64,000 bases of DNA from positions 735 to 64,734 of the forward strand of contig JBEKTP010000003.1 of the NCBI GenBank assembly GCA_049515915.1, written 5' to 3'. Origin of the DNA: Patescibacteria group bacterium (lineage in GTDB: Bacteria > Patescibacteriota > UBA1384 > UBA12157 > JAENIV01). Every line of letters starts with the position of its first letter. Within the stretch, counting starts at the first letter, position 1. Made by a program: the position numbers and the translations under genes. The notes under the pieces were generated by a model. It worked only from the letters and a program-made list of their open reading frames with translations, made no database searches and had not been told where the DNA came from. Shown here one piece after another: positions 39,579-50,299 of the stretch.

Positions 39579-40687
39579 TGATCCAAAATTATCTCGCTCC
39601 CTTTGTCGTCGCAGCCCTTATTAGTGGCGGCTTAACCGGCTACGTTAAAACTCTGGCGGCGAAGTTAAACTTAGTCGATCACCCAGCGCCGCGCAAAATT
39701 CACTCCAAACCGGTGCCGCGATTAGGCGGTGTAGCCATTGTCTTAGCTTTTTTAATTGTCTTGATAGGCTATGCGCTCGCTTCGCCGAGGCTTTCTTTTT
39801 CGCCTTTTAAATTTTGGGTCGTCGATAAAAGATTAATCGGGGTGCTGGTGGGACTAATTATTCTTTTAATCACCGGCTTAATTGATGATATTAAAGGAGT
39901 CAAGGCGTGGAAAAAACTTTTTTGGCATATTGTGGCCGCCGCTGCGGTGGTCGCAGGTGGTATTTCGATTAGCTATCTTCGGTTGCCGTTCGGCTCTCAT
40001 ATTAACTTGACCCAGATTCAGTTTCCCATCCGTCTTTTCGACCAGACTTATCATTTTGTTTTGTGGGGTGATTTGCTGGCCGTTTTTTGGATTGTCTTAT
40101 TGATAAACACGTTGAATTTTTTGGATGGGCTTGACGGGTTGGCGGCCGGCGTTTCGGTGATTACTGGTCTGGTCATCTTCTTTTTAGCGATTTCTTTAGG
40201 ACAAGACGCCAATGCTTTGCTGGCTATTTTAATTGCTGGAGTCGCTTTTGGCTTTCTTCCCTGGAATTTTAATCCGGCGAAGATTTTTATGGGTGATAGC
40301 GGCAGTATGGCTTTGGGATTTCTTTTGGGAGTCTCTTCGATAATTTCCGGGGGCAAATTGGCAACCGCTTTTTTAGTTTTGGGTATCCCGGTCTTGGATG
40401 TCGGTTGGGTCGTCTTGCGCCGGATCATCGCTGGCCGATCGCCCTTTGAGGCCGACAAAGGTCATTTTCATCACCGGTTACTGACAGCTGGGCTTTCGCA
40501 AAGGCAGGCGGTAATTATGCTCTATTTGATTGCTTCGGCTTTTGGAGTGGTGGCCGTCATCGCCTCGACCCAGGAAAAAATTCAGGCGGTCATTTCGCTG
40601 GTGGTCTTGATGCTTATCTTGGCCGCCATTTTAGTTTATCTGGGATGGCGTAAGAAAAAACGCCCAGCGGGAGAAAACCATGGATAA
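39575..40687 (+). CDS. MraY/WecA/TagO-family polyprenyl-phosphate GlcNAc-1-P transferase
   Basis: PRLGG, NFLDGLDGL, IFMGDSG and DKGHFHH motifs. Confidence 0.95.
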   Translation: MMIQNYLAPFVVAALISGGLTGYVKTLAAKLNLVDHPAPRKIHSKPVPRLGGVAIVLAFLIVLIGYALASPRLSFSPFKFWVVDKRLIGVLVGLIILLITGLIDDIKGVKAWKKLFWHIVAAAAVVAGGISISYLRLPFGSHINLTQIQFPIRLFDQTYHFVLWGDLLAVFWIVLLINTLNFLDGLDGLAAGVSVITGLVIFFLAISLGQDANALLAILIAGVAFGFLPWNFNPAKIFMGDSGSMALGFLLGVSSIISGGKLATAFLVLGIPVLDVGWVVLRRIIAGRSPFEADKGHFHHRLLTAGLSQRQAVIMLYLIASAFGVVAVIASTQEKIQAVISLVVLMLILAAILVYLGWRKKKRPAGENHG

Positions 40688-40778
40688 AGGATCGTGTAAG
40701 AGAGCTTTATTTATTATAATAATGGTGATCGTGGCGCTAGGCATGCTGATGCCTTTTATTTCTCAGCTTTGGAAATAG
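40680..40778 (+). CDS. 32-aa single-TM small protein
   Basis: MDKGSCKRALFIIIMVIVALGMLMPFISQLWK with a GGGAG SD, filling the operon gap. Confidence 0.5.
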   Translation: MDKGSCKRALFIIIMVIVALGMLMPFISQLWK

Positions 40779-40811
40779 TTGATTAAAAGCGCCGATAGAA
40801 ATCGGAGATTT

Positions 40812-41345
40812 ATGGAAAATTTTACTTTTGATGGGCAGCGGGCGGACGAAAATGTTATTTTATATCGCCATCAACACCCTTGGGTTCTGGCCCGCGCTGG
40901 CTTTTTAGATGTTTTCCTGGCGCTAATCGTCTTAATCTTTTTTTTGGCGCTGGGTTCATCAAGTCTCAGCTTTTGGGTTCTGGGAATTGCCATTGCGGTT
41001 GGATTTTTCTATACTTTTAATAAAATTTTTCTTTTTAAAAACGTCCTTTTTATTATCACCGATCAACGGATTATTAATATTAACCAGTCGAGTATTTTCG
41101 GCCACAAAGTTCAAGAAACTGAACTGATTAACATTTATAACCTTTCCTACAGTGTTAAAGGAATGATTCGAAATCTCTTGGATTTTGGTAATATCGAGCT
41201 GACCACCGAGGGCGATGTCAATGATCGGATTATTCTTAAAAACGTGCCTACCCCTCATGAAGTTTTTGATAAACTTTCTAAGGCGCGTAAAGAAGCTATG
41301 CAAATTTCTGGCCTTGATGCGAGAAATAGGCCAGTAGCAAAATAG
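40812..41345 (+). CDS. Bacterial PH-domain membrane protein
   Basis: Two TMs, IITDQRII and FGNIELTT.G. Confidence 0.85.
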   Translation: MENFTFDGQRADENVILYRHQHPWVLARAGFLDVFLALIVLIFFLALGSSSLSFWVLGIAIAVGFFYTFNKIFLFKNVLFIITDQRIININQSSIFGHKVQETELINIYNLSYSVKGMIRNLLDFGNIELTTEGDVNDRIILKNVPTPHEVFDKLSKARKEAMQISGLDARNRPVAK

Positions 41346-41413
41346 ACCAACTATTTTTTACTCATCAACGCGAATAGTTTGTGATTATTTACTGAAAAGC
41401 GAATTCGTGGTTT

Positions 41414-41758
41414 TTAGGCGTTCTTTTCAGCAATGTTACCGATGACCGGTAGTTTGTACTTTTCACCGCCGTACGATTTGACCATCATAACGATACTCAA
41501 GGCGACGAAGGCCAGCCACAGTAACCAAGTAATCCAGAAGAAAAAGGGAATGAAATCGAGCACAAAATAAATTACGAAGTAAGCGACACCCAAGAGAAGG
41601 GATTGCATGGCGTGAAAACGAACGAACTTGTCTTTGGAGATAAGATAGAAAACGATGCCGCCGATAACCGAAAAAAGATAGGCGAGCAAAGCCGCCAACT
41701 TTGGGTCGATTCCCCCTGTTTGAGACGAACCCGAACTCGATGGTTGATTCCCAGTCAT
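41414..41758 (-). CDS. DUF4870-like membrane protein
   Basis: AALLAYL, FVRFHAMQS and YKLPVIG motifs. Confidence 0.88.
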   Translation of the reverse strand: MTGNQPSSSGSSQTGGIDPKLAALLAYLFSVIGGIVFYLISKDKFVRFHAMQSLLLGVAYFVIYFVLDFIPFFFWITWLLWLAFVALSIVMMVKSYGGEKYKLPVIGNIAEKNA

Positions 41759-41833
41759 GTTGCCTCCTTGAAAAACTATTTAATGTTATCTAAGCCAATT
41801 ATGCCGGAATTCAAAACCGAATGCAACTGTTAT

Positions 41834-44800
41834 TTAATGAAGAGTAATTTTACTGCCGGAAATGGCTCGGAGTTTCGCAATCAATTCGGGATTATCAGCG
41901 ACGGTATTTTTCGCTTTGATTTCTTGAACGCCCGTCGATCGCTGGAGCCGCAAGGTGACCGGCAGAGCGCCCGGATAAGCGGCGAGAATGTCTTTGAATT
42001 TTAGTAATACTTCTTTAGTGACTGCTTTCGGTAAATCAATGACTAACCGAGTCGGCTCGGGCGGGTTATCAATCAAATCAGTGGTAATATCAGTTGCCAA
42101 CGGTGATGCCTCATCAACGATCATTTTCAGTATGCCATCTTTATTATTAACGCGGCCGCTTAAGACAATTAAGTTGTCGTTGACCCAAAGGGCAGGGTTT
42201 TGTTTTAAGACTTTTGGGAAGACCAAAATTTCCATTTTGCCGGTGGTATCTTCGATGGTGGCAAAAATCATCGGCTCGTTTGATTTAGTCACGATTTTTT
42301 TAATCGCCGAAATTAGGCCGGCAATTTTTACTTTATGATCAACGTCTTTAGTGGAAATTTCGGCCACTGGCGTACCTTCGCGCTCTAAAATACCTTCGAT
42401 GCCGGAAAGTGGATGTTCGGAAACATACATGCCCAAAAGCTCTTTTTCTTGAGAAAGCCTTTCCTTCCGAGAAAGTTCGTTGACCGGTGGTAAATTGAGT
42501 TTGCCCACGGCTGGTTTTTCAGTAAGGGTGCCGAAAAGATCGGGCTGATTTTCGGCGGCGGTTTTTGAAACATCGCCAAGATATTTAATGACAATTTCTA
42601 AACCGCTGATGATAGCGGCTCGATCAACGAGGGAGTCGAGTGTGCCGGCCTTGGCAAGCGCCTCAATGACTTTTTTATTGAGAATTCGATTGCCCAATCG
42701 TTGCAGAAAATCCTCGAAGTTAGCAAATTTTCTTTTTTTTCTTTCTTCAGTAATCGCTTCGGCTACGCCTTCTCCGACATTTTTGATGGCCGCTAAACCG
42801 AAGCGGATTTCACCGGTTTCTTTCATTACGCCGAATTCGACGAAAGATTCATTGACGTCTGGCGGCAAGATCTTCAAATTCATTCTTTTACATTCGGCAA
42901 TTGCGAAGGCGACTTTATCGATATTTTGTTGCTCGGCGGTCAGCCAAGCCGCCATAAAAGCCGATGGGTAGTGAGCTTTAAGATAGGCGGTTTGATAGGC
43001 AATCATGGCGTAGCAGGCCGCGTGAGCGCGGTTAAAGCCATAACTGGCAAATGGTTCAATAAAATTCCAAACCGCTTGAGCGGTTTTAGGGCTGGCGCCG
43101 GTTTTGACGGCACCTTTGAGAAATTTTTCCTTTTGTTCGTCGAGTAATTCTTTGATTTTTTTGCCGACGGCTTTTCTTAAAATATCGGCTTCACCATAAG
43201 TAAAACCGGCAAAATACCGCGCGATTTGCAAGACCTGGTCTTGGGTGACAATAACACCGTAGGTATTTTTTAAAATCGGTTCAAGTTTTGGATCGAGATA
43301 GGTAATTTTTTTGCGGCCATGCTTGGAAGCGATAAAGTCGGCGACCGATTCCATCGGACCGGGCCGGTACAAAGCGACCATCGAGAGAATATCTTCGAAA
43401 GTCGTTGGCTTGAGTTCTTTGAGATATCTTTTCATGCCGTCGGATTCCAATTGGAAAACGCCGGAGGTCTCGCCGCGCGAGAGGAGGACAAAAGTTTTTT
43501 TGTCGTCGAGCGGCAGCTCTTCGAGCTTGATTTCAATCTCGTTGACTTTACGGATGATTCTTAGAGCATTTTTGATAATAGTGAGATTTGATAATCCCAA
43601 AATATCAACCTTTAAAAGTCCGATGTCTTCGAGATAATTCATCGAATATTGGGTGACTAAACTTTCTTCGCCGCGCGGTGGATGCTGGAGCGGGACGTAA
43701 TCGGTCAAAGGTTTTTGGGAGATGACCACACCGGCGGCGTGGGTGCCGGCGTTCCGGGCAACGTTTTCCAATCGTTTAGCCATATCGATAAGGTTTTTGA
43801 ATTTCGGTTCATTGTTATAAATATCTTTTAATTCGTTAATATTACTTAAGCTTTCGTCGAGCGTCATCCCCAGAGGGATAAGTTTAGCGATTCGATCACC
43901 GTCGTCGTAGCTCATGCCCATGGCTCGAGCGACGTCGCGGATGGCCATCCTTGCTTTCATCACCCCAAAAGTAATAATTTGGGCAACGTGGTCGGCGCCG
44001 TATTTTTCAGAAATATATTGAATCACTTCTTCGCGGCGGTCGTCAGCAAAATCTAAATCAATGTCGGGTGGCGAAATACGGTCGGGATTTAAAAATCGTT
44101 CAAACAAGAGATCATATTTAATGGGATCGAGATCGGTGACGCCTAAAACATAAGCGACAATTGAGCCACCGGCCGATCCGCGGCCGGGCCCAACCAAAAT
44201 GCCGTTCTCCTTAGCAAAGTGGACATAATCAGCAACGATTAGAAAGTAATCTTCAAAATGGCACTTTTCAATCACCGAAAGTTCGTAATCTAGCCGCTCT
44301 TGAATTTTAGTGATCACCTTGCCATAACGTGCTTGGGCACCCTCGCGGCAGAGCTTTTCAAGATAACTTTTGGCCGTTTGAGATTTTGGGACATCAAACT
44401 TAGGCATAATCGTTTGGCCAAGCTCGATTTTTAAATTACAGGCGGCCGCAATTTTAACCGTATTTTCTAAGGCTTCCGGCGTCTGACCAAAATTTCTCAG
44501 CACGTCTTCCGGCGAGGTCAGCGAAAGGTCGAATTCTCGAAGCGACATTCGGGTGTCATCATCATAATCTTTGCCGGTTTGGACGGCTAACAATATTTCG
44601 TGGGCGTCTTTATCTTCGAAGTTGACATAATGAACATCATTAGAAGCAACCAAACCCGCTCCGACCTCTTTGGATAATTCGATTAATTTTTGGTTAACTT
44701 TTTTTTGATCTTCGAGCTCGGGATGATATTGCATTTCGAAGTAGAAATTTTCTGGGCCAAAGATATCTTGGTATTCTTTAACGGTCTCGCGCAGTTTCTC

Positions 44801-45256
44801 TTTTTGGTTGCTCAATATTAGTCTTGGAATCTCGCCGGCCAAGCAAGCCGTCAAAGCGATTAAACCCTCGGCATGATTTTTCAGATATTCTTTATCGACG
44901 CGGGGTTTGTAATAATAACCTTCTAAATGGGCGGCCGAAACCAGTTTGAGCAGGTTTTTATAGCCGACTTCATTTTTGGCTAAAAGAATGAGGTGATAGG
45001 GGGCGGTGTCAACTTTCGGTTCTCTATCTTGCATAGTTCGGGTGGCGATATAGGCTTCGACGCCAATAATTGGTTTAATACCTTGTTTTTGACATTCTTT
45101 ATAAAATTCGATGGCGCCGTACATGACGCCGTGATCGGTCAGCGCTAGCGAATCCATGCCTAATCTCTTGGCCCGTGAAACCAGCTCCGGAATTTTCCCG
45201 AGCCCGTCGAGCAAAGAGTAATGGGAATGAGTGTGAAGATGAACAAATTTAGACAT
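41834..45256 (-). CDS. dnaE: DNA polymerase III alpha subunit
   Basis: HLHTHSHYSLLDG, GPGRGSA, PDIDLDF and YGFNRAHA motifs. Confidence 0.99.
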   Translation of the reverse strand: MSKFVHLHTHSHYSLLDGLGKIPELVSRAKRLGMDSLALTDHGVMYGAIEFYKECQKQGIKPIIGVEAYIATRTMQDREPKVDTAPYHLILLAKNEVGYKNLLKLVSAAHLEGYYYKPRVDKEYLKNHAEGLIALTACLAGEIPRLILSNQKEKLRETVKEYQDIFGPENFYFEMQYHPELEDQKKVNQKLIELSKEVGAGLVASNDVHYVNFEDKDAHEILLAVQTGKDYDDDTRMSLREFDLSLTSPEDVLRNFGQTPEALENTVKIAAACNLKIELGQTIMPKFDVPKSQTAKSYLEKLCREGAQARYGKVITKIQERLDYELSVIEKCHFEDYFLIVADYVHFAKENGILVGPGRGSAGGSIVAYVLGVTDLDPIKYDLLFERFLNPDRISPPDIDLDFADDRREEVIQYISEKYGADHVAQIITFGVMKARMAIRDVARAMGMSYDDGDRIAKLIPLGMTLDESLSNINELKDIYNNEPKFKNLIDMAKRLENVARNAGTHAAGVVISQKPLTDYVPLQHPPRGEESLVTQYSMNYLEDIGLLKVDILGLSNLTIIKNALRIIRKVNEIEIKLEELPLDDKKTFVLLSRGETSGVFQLESDGMKRYLKELKPTTFEDILSMVALYRPGPMESVADFIASKHGRKKITYLDPKLEPILKNTYGVIVTQDQVLQIARYFAGFTYGEADILRKAVGKKIKELLDEQKEKFLKGAVKTGASPKTAQAVWNFIEPFASYGFNRAHAACYAMIAYQTAYLKAHYPSAFMAAWLTAEQQNIDKVAFAIAECKRMNLKILPPDVNESFVEFGVMKETGEIRFGLAAIKNVGEGVAEAITEERKKRKFANFEDFLQRLGNRILNKKVIEALAKAGTLDSLVDRAAIISGLEIVIKYLGDVSKTAAENQPDLFGTLTEKPAVGKLNLPPVNELSRKERLSQEKELLGMYVSEHPLSGIEGILEREGTPVAEISTKDVDHKVKIAGLISAIKKIVTKSNEPMIFATIEDTTGKMEILVFPKVLKQNPALWVNDNLIVLSGRVNNKDGILKMIVDEASPLATDITTDLIDNPPEPTRLVIDLPKAVTKEVLLKFKDILAAYPGALPVTLRLQRSTGVQEIKAKNTVADNPELIAKLRAISGSKITLH

Positions 45257-45435
45257 ATTAACTCAAAAATATGATATCATATTTTTGAGAAATCCCAATT
45301 ATTTAAATCCAAATGTTTGAAGTCAAAGTTCTCAATGGTTGACTTTTTTTCTTCATTTTGCTATTTTAATAGTATCGATTCTTTAATTTTCGGATTTCGG
45401 GTTGAAAAATTTGAATTTATATACGGAGTATAGCG

Positions 45436-45708
45436 GTGGCACATACAAAAGCAAAAGGAACATCTAAATTAGGCCGCGACAGTCGTAGTAAGCGCTTAGG
45501 CGTTAAAATTTTCAGTGGTCAAAAAGTTCTTTCGGGACAAATTATTGTGCGCCAGCGCGGTTCGAAATATTATATTGGTACGGGTGTGGCTCGGGCCGAT
45601 GACGATACAATCTACGCTAAAAAAGATGGTTCGGTTTCATTTTCGAATAAAAAAGTTCGCCGCTTTAGCGGGCGATTAGATAAAAAAGTGATAGTCAATG
45701 TAGCTTAA
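45436..45708 (+). CDS. rpmA: 50S ribosomal protein L27
   Basis: AHTKAKG, GRDS.SKRLGVK and IIVRQRG motifs. Confidence 0.98.
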   Translation: MAHTKAKGTSKLGRDSRSKRLGVKIFSGQKVLSGQIIVRQRGSKYYIGTGVARADDDTIYAKKDGSVSFSNKKVRRFSGRLDKKVIVNVA

Positions 45709-45856
45709 CGCTTGGAGATCGTTTGACTTGCGATGATCTCGAAGCGTTAAGCCTGCTTTAGGTAGGTTTGACGCGAACCGGCCCTGTCGGTTTTAGGTCA
45801 CAGTAAGGAGGTGGTGAGTAGCGATTCTTGAGTGACGTTGTTTTGTTGGGGGCGAG

Positions 45857-46216
45857 GTGAACTTTGATCTCACTCCGTCCATGCAAACTTCCTGGGATCA
45901 GGGAGTCATCTTAGCTCGGAGTACTACTGTAATGGGTAAAGGGGACGAAAGGCCCAAGCCTTCTCAGCGAGGGCATATGTCGGGCCTTAGCAGACAAGCG
46001 CGTCAAGATGAAGCCATTATGGCAGCTGTTCTTGCTAGCGGTGGTTCAGGCTTCAGGTCTGATCACCTGGTGCAAGCCAGACTGGCCATGGTGGCTCTGC
46101 ACCCGCGGATGTTCAAGTCACCGGCCGACGTAGTTGAGCGCATTAACTCACTAGCCTGCCGGTCAAGTATCCGGCGTGAATACCGTGATCTTGTACATCG
46201 ACTCAAGCCCCAGTAG
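45857..46216 (+). CDS. Hypothetical protein (GC-rich unit)
   Basis: ORF in a GC-shifted segment. Start uncertain. Confidence 0.45.
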   Translation: MNFDLTPSMQTSWDQGVILARSTTVMGKGDERPKPSQRGHMSGLSRQARQDEAIMAAVLASGGSGFRSDHLVQARLAMVALHPRMFKSPADVVERINSLACRSSIRREYRDLVHRLKPQ

Positions 46217-46288
46217 GAGGGGGGCAGCAATCAGAACGGGGCGACGCACTGCGCGTCGCCCCGAAACTATCTTAGGGAGGTAAAGGAT

Positions 46289-46870
46289 TTGGTTGCTCTG
46301 CGCGAAGAAGTTTGGCATAACCTCGGCGGTATGTCGCGACCGCGCCGAGTTGCCCCGAGCCATCTTCCCAAGTGGAGTCGGGGCCTGCCCTGGAAAGTTT
46401 CGGGTGACATTGAAGTTGTGATGCCGCTGGTCGAACAACTCTCGGGTAAGCACCCGGACTTGGTAGATCAACTGATCGTTCAGTGGGAGAAAGAAAAGCT
46501 TTCCTCGCTTCATTGCAGTTCCGGTAACTTCTACGAATCACTTCTTCGGGGGACGAAGATTTCTCTCGGGCATATCTGGGCAGAGATCTACGTCCTATGG
46601 CTTCGGATTGCCATGCTTGAACTCGGTCTTCACGACATTGAGTGCGCTGAGCGCTTCCGGACCATCTACCACGACGTGGGAAGAGTTGAGATCCGTGTGA
46701 CGTTGTATTTCTCTGAACCGTTGCCGAAACAGTTTGCCGGGCTCGAGACACTCATCTCGAGCTATCTCAACCGGCTGATTTCGGGACAGCAATTTGATCT
46801 GAAGGCAAGAATGGCAGCTTACGTGGCTTTCCGCCGCGCGATACTGCCAGAAGAAAAGGAGACAGTTTAA
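46289..46870 (+). CDS. Hypothetical protein (GC-rich unit)
   Basis: GGAGGT SD and a GTGGCAGGC/GCCTGCCAT terminator right after the stop. Confidence 0.7.
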   Translation: MVALREEVWHNLGGMSRPRRVAPSHLPKWSRGLPWKVSGDIEVVMPLVEQLSGKHPDLVDQLIVQWEKEKLSSLHCSSGNFYESLLRGTKISLGHIWAEIYVLWLRIAMLELGLHDIECAERFRTIYHDVGRVEIRVTLYFSEPLPKQFAGLETLISSYLNRLISGQQFDLKARMAAYVAFRRAILPEEKETV

Positions 46871-47033
46871 AGTGGCAGGCGGCGTGAAATTATTGCTGCC
46901 TGCCATTTTCACTTTTCAAAACTTGTATTTTAAACCTTAATATGATAAATTTATAAAGAACTTTTTCTTTCTTTTTGTATATAAATGCTTTGCGTATTAA
47001 TACATGTCTAAAGATGTATTTAATATTAAACTT

Positions 47034-47585
47034 ATGTTGCTACAAGATATAACTAAACAATTTGGTAAAAAGAATATCCCTCAAATCAATCCAGGCGATA
47101 CGCTGCGAGTTTATTTTAAAATCACCGAAGGCAATAAAACTCGAATCCAAATTTTTGAAGGTGTTTGCATTGCCCGTAAACACGGCAATACTTTAGATGG
47201 CAGTTTTACGGTTAGAAAAATTTCTGATGGGGTAGGAGTGGAACGCACTTTTCCGATTCATTCGCCCCTGGTTACCAAAATCGAAAAGGTTAAATCACGC
47301 CATGTCAGCCGTGCCAAACTTTATTTTATTCGCGATTTAGTTGGTAAAAAAGCCAAGAAAACACGTGAAACGAAAGACTTTAAAATGTGGGAGGAAGCAA
47401 CCTCCGAAGAGGAGTTAACGCGTATTGAAGAAGAAAAGAAAATTGAAGCGGAAAAGAAAGCCACTGTGAAGGCTCAAAAAGAAAAAGAGCTTGAAAATAA
47501 ATATGAGCAAGCGGCTGCCGCTCATAATGAAGCTGAAAAATCCGCCGTTTCCAATCCCAAATCCGAAACAAATCAAAAATCTTAA
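47034..47585 (+). CDS. rplS: 50S ribosomal protein L19 with C-terminal extension
   Basis: PGDT.RV..KI.EG.K.RIQ.FEG, GVGVERTFP and RAKLYFIR motifs. Confidence 0.97.
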   Translation: MLLQDITKQFGKKNIPQINPGDTLRVYFKITEGNKTRIQIFEGVCIARKHGNTLDGSFTVRKISDGVGVERTFPIHSPLVTKIEKVKSRHVSRAKLYFIRDLVGKKAKKTRETKDFKMWEEATSEEELTRIEEEKKIEAEKKATVKAQKEKELENKYEQAAAAHNEAEKSAVSNPKSETNQKS

Positions 47586-47643
47586 AATTCAAATTTTAGT
47601 CATATTTTCGTAGTTTGCATCTAAGCGACCAAAGAAAGCATTT

Positions 47644-49089
47644 ATGAACGAAGAAATAAGAGTAAGAATTGCGCCTAGCCCGACGGGGCCGCTGCATATC
47701 GGCACTGCTCACACTGCTTTGTTTAATTGGCTTTTCGCCCGCGGCAAACAGGGCAAGTTTATTTTAAGAATTGAAGACACTGACCTTGAACGTTCGAAAG
47801 AGGAATTCATTACCGATATCACTGACGGTTTTTCTTGGCTCGGTCTCGATTGGGATGAAGGTCCGGAGCGCGATGCGCCTTATGGTCCGTACCGACAAAG
47901 CAAACGGCTTGAGATTTACCGTCAATATGCCAAACAATTACTTAATGAAAAAAAAGCCTATTATTGTTATTGCACGCCTGAAGAACTTGAAAAAGAGCGC
48001 CAAGACCAATCGGCGAAAAAGCAAGCGCCAAAATATTCCGGCCGCTGCCGAAATTTAACGGTCGAACAAATTGCCAGATTTAAAACCGAAGGCCGTAAAC
48101 CTTCGATTCGTTTTATTATTAAAGGAAAAAAAATTAAATTTGACGATATGGTCAAAGGTGAAGTGGAATTTGATACCGCTTTATTTGGTGATTTTGTAAT
48201 TATGAAATCAAACAATATCGCGACTTTTATGTTTGCCGGGGCAATTGATGATTTCCTGATGAAAATTTCGCATGTGATCCGGGGCGAAGACCATCTTTCG
48301 AACACGCCTCGACAAATTCTTTTGGCCGAAGCCTTGAATTTTTCAGTGCCCGGGTACGGCCATTTGCCGCTGATTTTAAATCCGGATCGAACCAAACTGT
48401 CAAAAAGGAAAAATCCCACTTCGATTAATAAAGATTTTCGTGATCAAGGCTATCTGCCGGAGGCGATGATTAATTTTATTGTCTTGATGGGCTGGTCGCC
48501 AAAAACTAATAAGGAAATTTGGACGCTTAAGGATTTAATTACTGAATTTAACTTTGATGATGTCGGTAAAAGTCCCTCAATTTTTGATCAAAAAAAACTT
48601 GATTATTTAAATGGTTATTACATTCGCAAACTTCTTATTGGTGAACTAGCCAAGATAGCTCAACCCTTTTTGAGAAAATCGGGGCACGACAAAGCCAAAG
48701 ACAAGTTACTTGTTGCTTTGGCTTTAATCCAAGAGCGATTAAAAAAATTATCAGAAGTGCCGGAACTCATAAGGTTTTTCTTTGAAAGTCCCAAGGGTTA
48801 TGAACATTTTCTGGTAGCTAAAGGGTCGGATAAGGAAAAAACCAAGCTGGCTTTGAAAGAATCTTATCAGTATCTCTCAGCGGAAAAAGATTTTGGCCGC
48901 GATTCACTGGAAAAACTTTTAAGAGCCATTGCCCAAAAGAATAATCTTAAAAGCGGGGAAGTTTTATGGCCGATTCGGGTGGCTTTGACCGGCAAGGAAG
49001 CTTCGCCAGGCACATTTGAAGTGCTGGAAGCGTTAGGTAAAGAAGAATCACTGACGCGTATCAAATTGGCTTTGGATATGTTAAAATAA
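47644..49089 (+). CDS. gltX: Glutamate--tRNA ligase
   Basis: RIAPSPTG.LHIG, LRIEDTD, RGEDH and KLSKR motifs. Confidence 0.98.
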   Translation: MNEEIRVRIAPSPTGPLHIGTAHTALFNWLFARGKQGKFILRIEDTDLERSKEEFITDITDGFSWLGLDWDEGPERDAPYGPYRQSKRLEIYRQYAKQLLNEKKAYYCYCTPEELEKERQDQSAKKQAPKYSGRCRNLTVEQIARFKTEGRKPSIRFIIKGKKIKFDDMVKGEVEFDTALFGDFVIMKSNNIATFMFAGAIDDFLMKISHVIRGEDHLSNTPRQILLAEALNFSVPGYGHLPLILNPDRTKLSKRKNPTSINKDFRDQGYLPEAMINFIVLMGWSPKTNKEIWTLKDLITEFNFDDVGKSPSIFDQKKLDYLNGYYIRKLLIGELAKIAQPFLRKSGHDKAKDKLLVALALIQERLKKLSEVPELIRFFFESPKGYEHFLVAKGSDKEKTKLALKESYQYLSAEKDFGRDSLEKLLRAIAQKNNLKSGEVLWPIRVALTGKEASPGTFEVLEALGKEESLTRIKLALDMLK

Positions 49090-49175
49090 AATTGTCTAAG
49101 AAGTACGGAAAGAATACAAAAATACAATTTTTTTTGGTATTTTAGTGTCATTTTCGTAATTTAGTAGAAAAAAAC

Positions 49176-50285
49176 ATGAAGATAAAGGTTCTTGAAATTA
49201 TTGGTGATACGACTTTGGCTGGTGCCCCGCGGCATCTTCTTTCTCTTTTGGAAAGTTTTGATTACGATAAATTTCAAGTTTTTGTCATCAGTCCCCCTGG
49301 CCCTTTGACAGGGGAGATCAAATCACTCAAAAAATCAATTAATCTTGAAACAGTATCGATGCCGACCAAGTACGATCTCAGAGCGATGCGCGAAATAAGA
49401 TCATATATTCAGCATATTAAACCTGATTTAGTTCATATTCACGGCACACGGGCGGGGGTTTTGGGCCGTCTTGCTCTGATTGGGGTGAAAGTCCCCGTTG
49501 TTTATACCGAACATCTCTGGACGAAGCAATATCGATTGCCCGGTTGGCTGGCCCATAACGTTCAGTTGTTTGGACTTTGGTTTCTTGATATGTTTACAAC
49601 GCTCAATATTGCAGTCTCACAGGCAGTGAAAGATTTTATGGTCGAAAATCAGATCTCGCGGCCGGAAAAAATTGTTGTGGTTTATAACGGGGTTGAACCA
49701 CCCCACAAAAAAGCCAAGCCGTTCGGCCATAAAAATGAGTATCGATTGGGTTCGATTGGAACACTCAACGAACAAAAGGGAATGCAGTATCTTCTCGAAG
49801 CGATGCCGACTATCATTAAAGAATTTCCCGACACTTCCTTAGAAATTATTGGCGAAGGCTACTATAAAAGCCGTTTGCAAAAATTAATTCGAACTTTAAA
49901 GCTCTCGCGACATGTTAAGTTGACAGGATTTTTAAAGGATGTTTATGATGAGCTAGAGAAGCTGGACATTTATATTCAGCCATCACTTTCGGAGAGTTTC
50001 GGTTTAGCCATCCTACAGGCAATGAGTATGGGATTACCGGTCGTGGCGACTAACGCTGGGGGTATTCCTGAGGTGGTGACCTCTTCAAAAACGGGAATTT
50101 TGGTTGAGCCGAAGGATCCAAAAGCGCTGGCGGGAGCCATCTTGGAGCTTCTTCGGAATCAATCGGCGGCCGTTCATATGGGAAAACTTGGCGAGCAAGA
50201 CGCGGACATTAAGTTTTCTCTGAAAGATATGGTGGAGGAAACAGAGAAAATTTATATTGACGTGGCCGATAAAAAAGGCCGCTAA
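49176..50285 (+). CDS. Glycosyltransferase family 4
   Basis: KG motif and PSLSESFGLAILQAM..GLPVV. Confidence 0.95.
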   Translation: MKIKVLEIIGDTTLAGAPRHLLSLLESFDYDKFQVFVISPPGPLTGEIKSLKKSINLETVSMPTKYDLRAMREIRSYIQHIKPDLVHIHGTRAGVLGRLALIGVKVPVVYTEHLWTKQYRLPGWLAHNVQLFGLWFLDMFTTLNIAVSQAVKDFMVENQISRPEKIVVVYNGVEPPHKKAKPFGHKNEYRLGSIGTLNEQKGMQYLLEAMPTIIKEFPDTSLEIIGEGYYKSRLQKLIRTLKLSRHVKLTGFLKDVYDELEKLDIYIQPSLSESFGLAILQAMSMGLPVVATNAGGIPEVVTSSKTGILVEPKDPKALAGAILELLRNQSAAVHMGKLGEQDADIKFSLKDMVEETEKIYIDVADKKGR

Positions 50286-50299
50286 GGGATCGGAGATTT

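Noticed and set aside
45704-45800. Hairpin series after rpmA as a distinct ncRNA
   Set aside because: It is explicable as a terminator or processing stems, with no family features.
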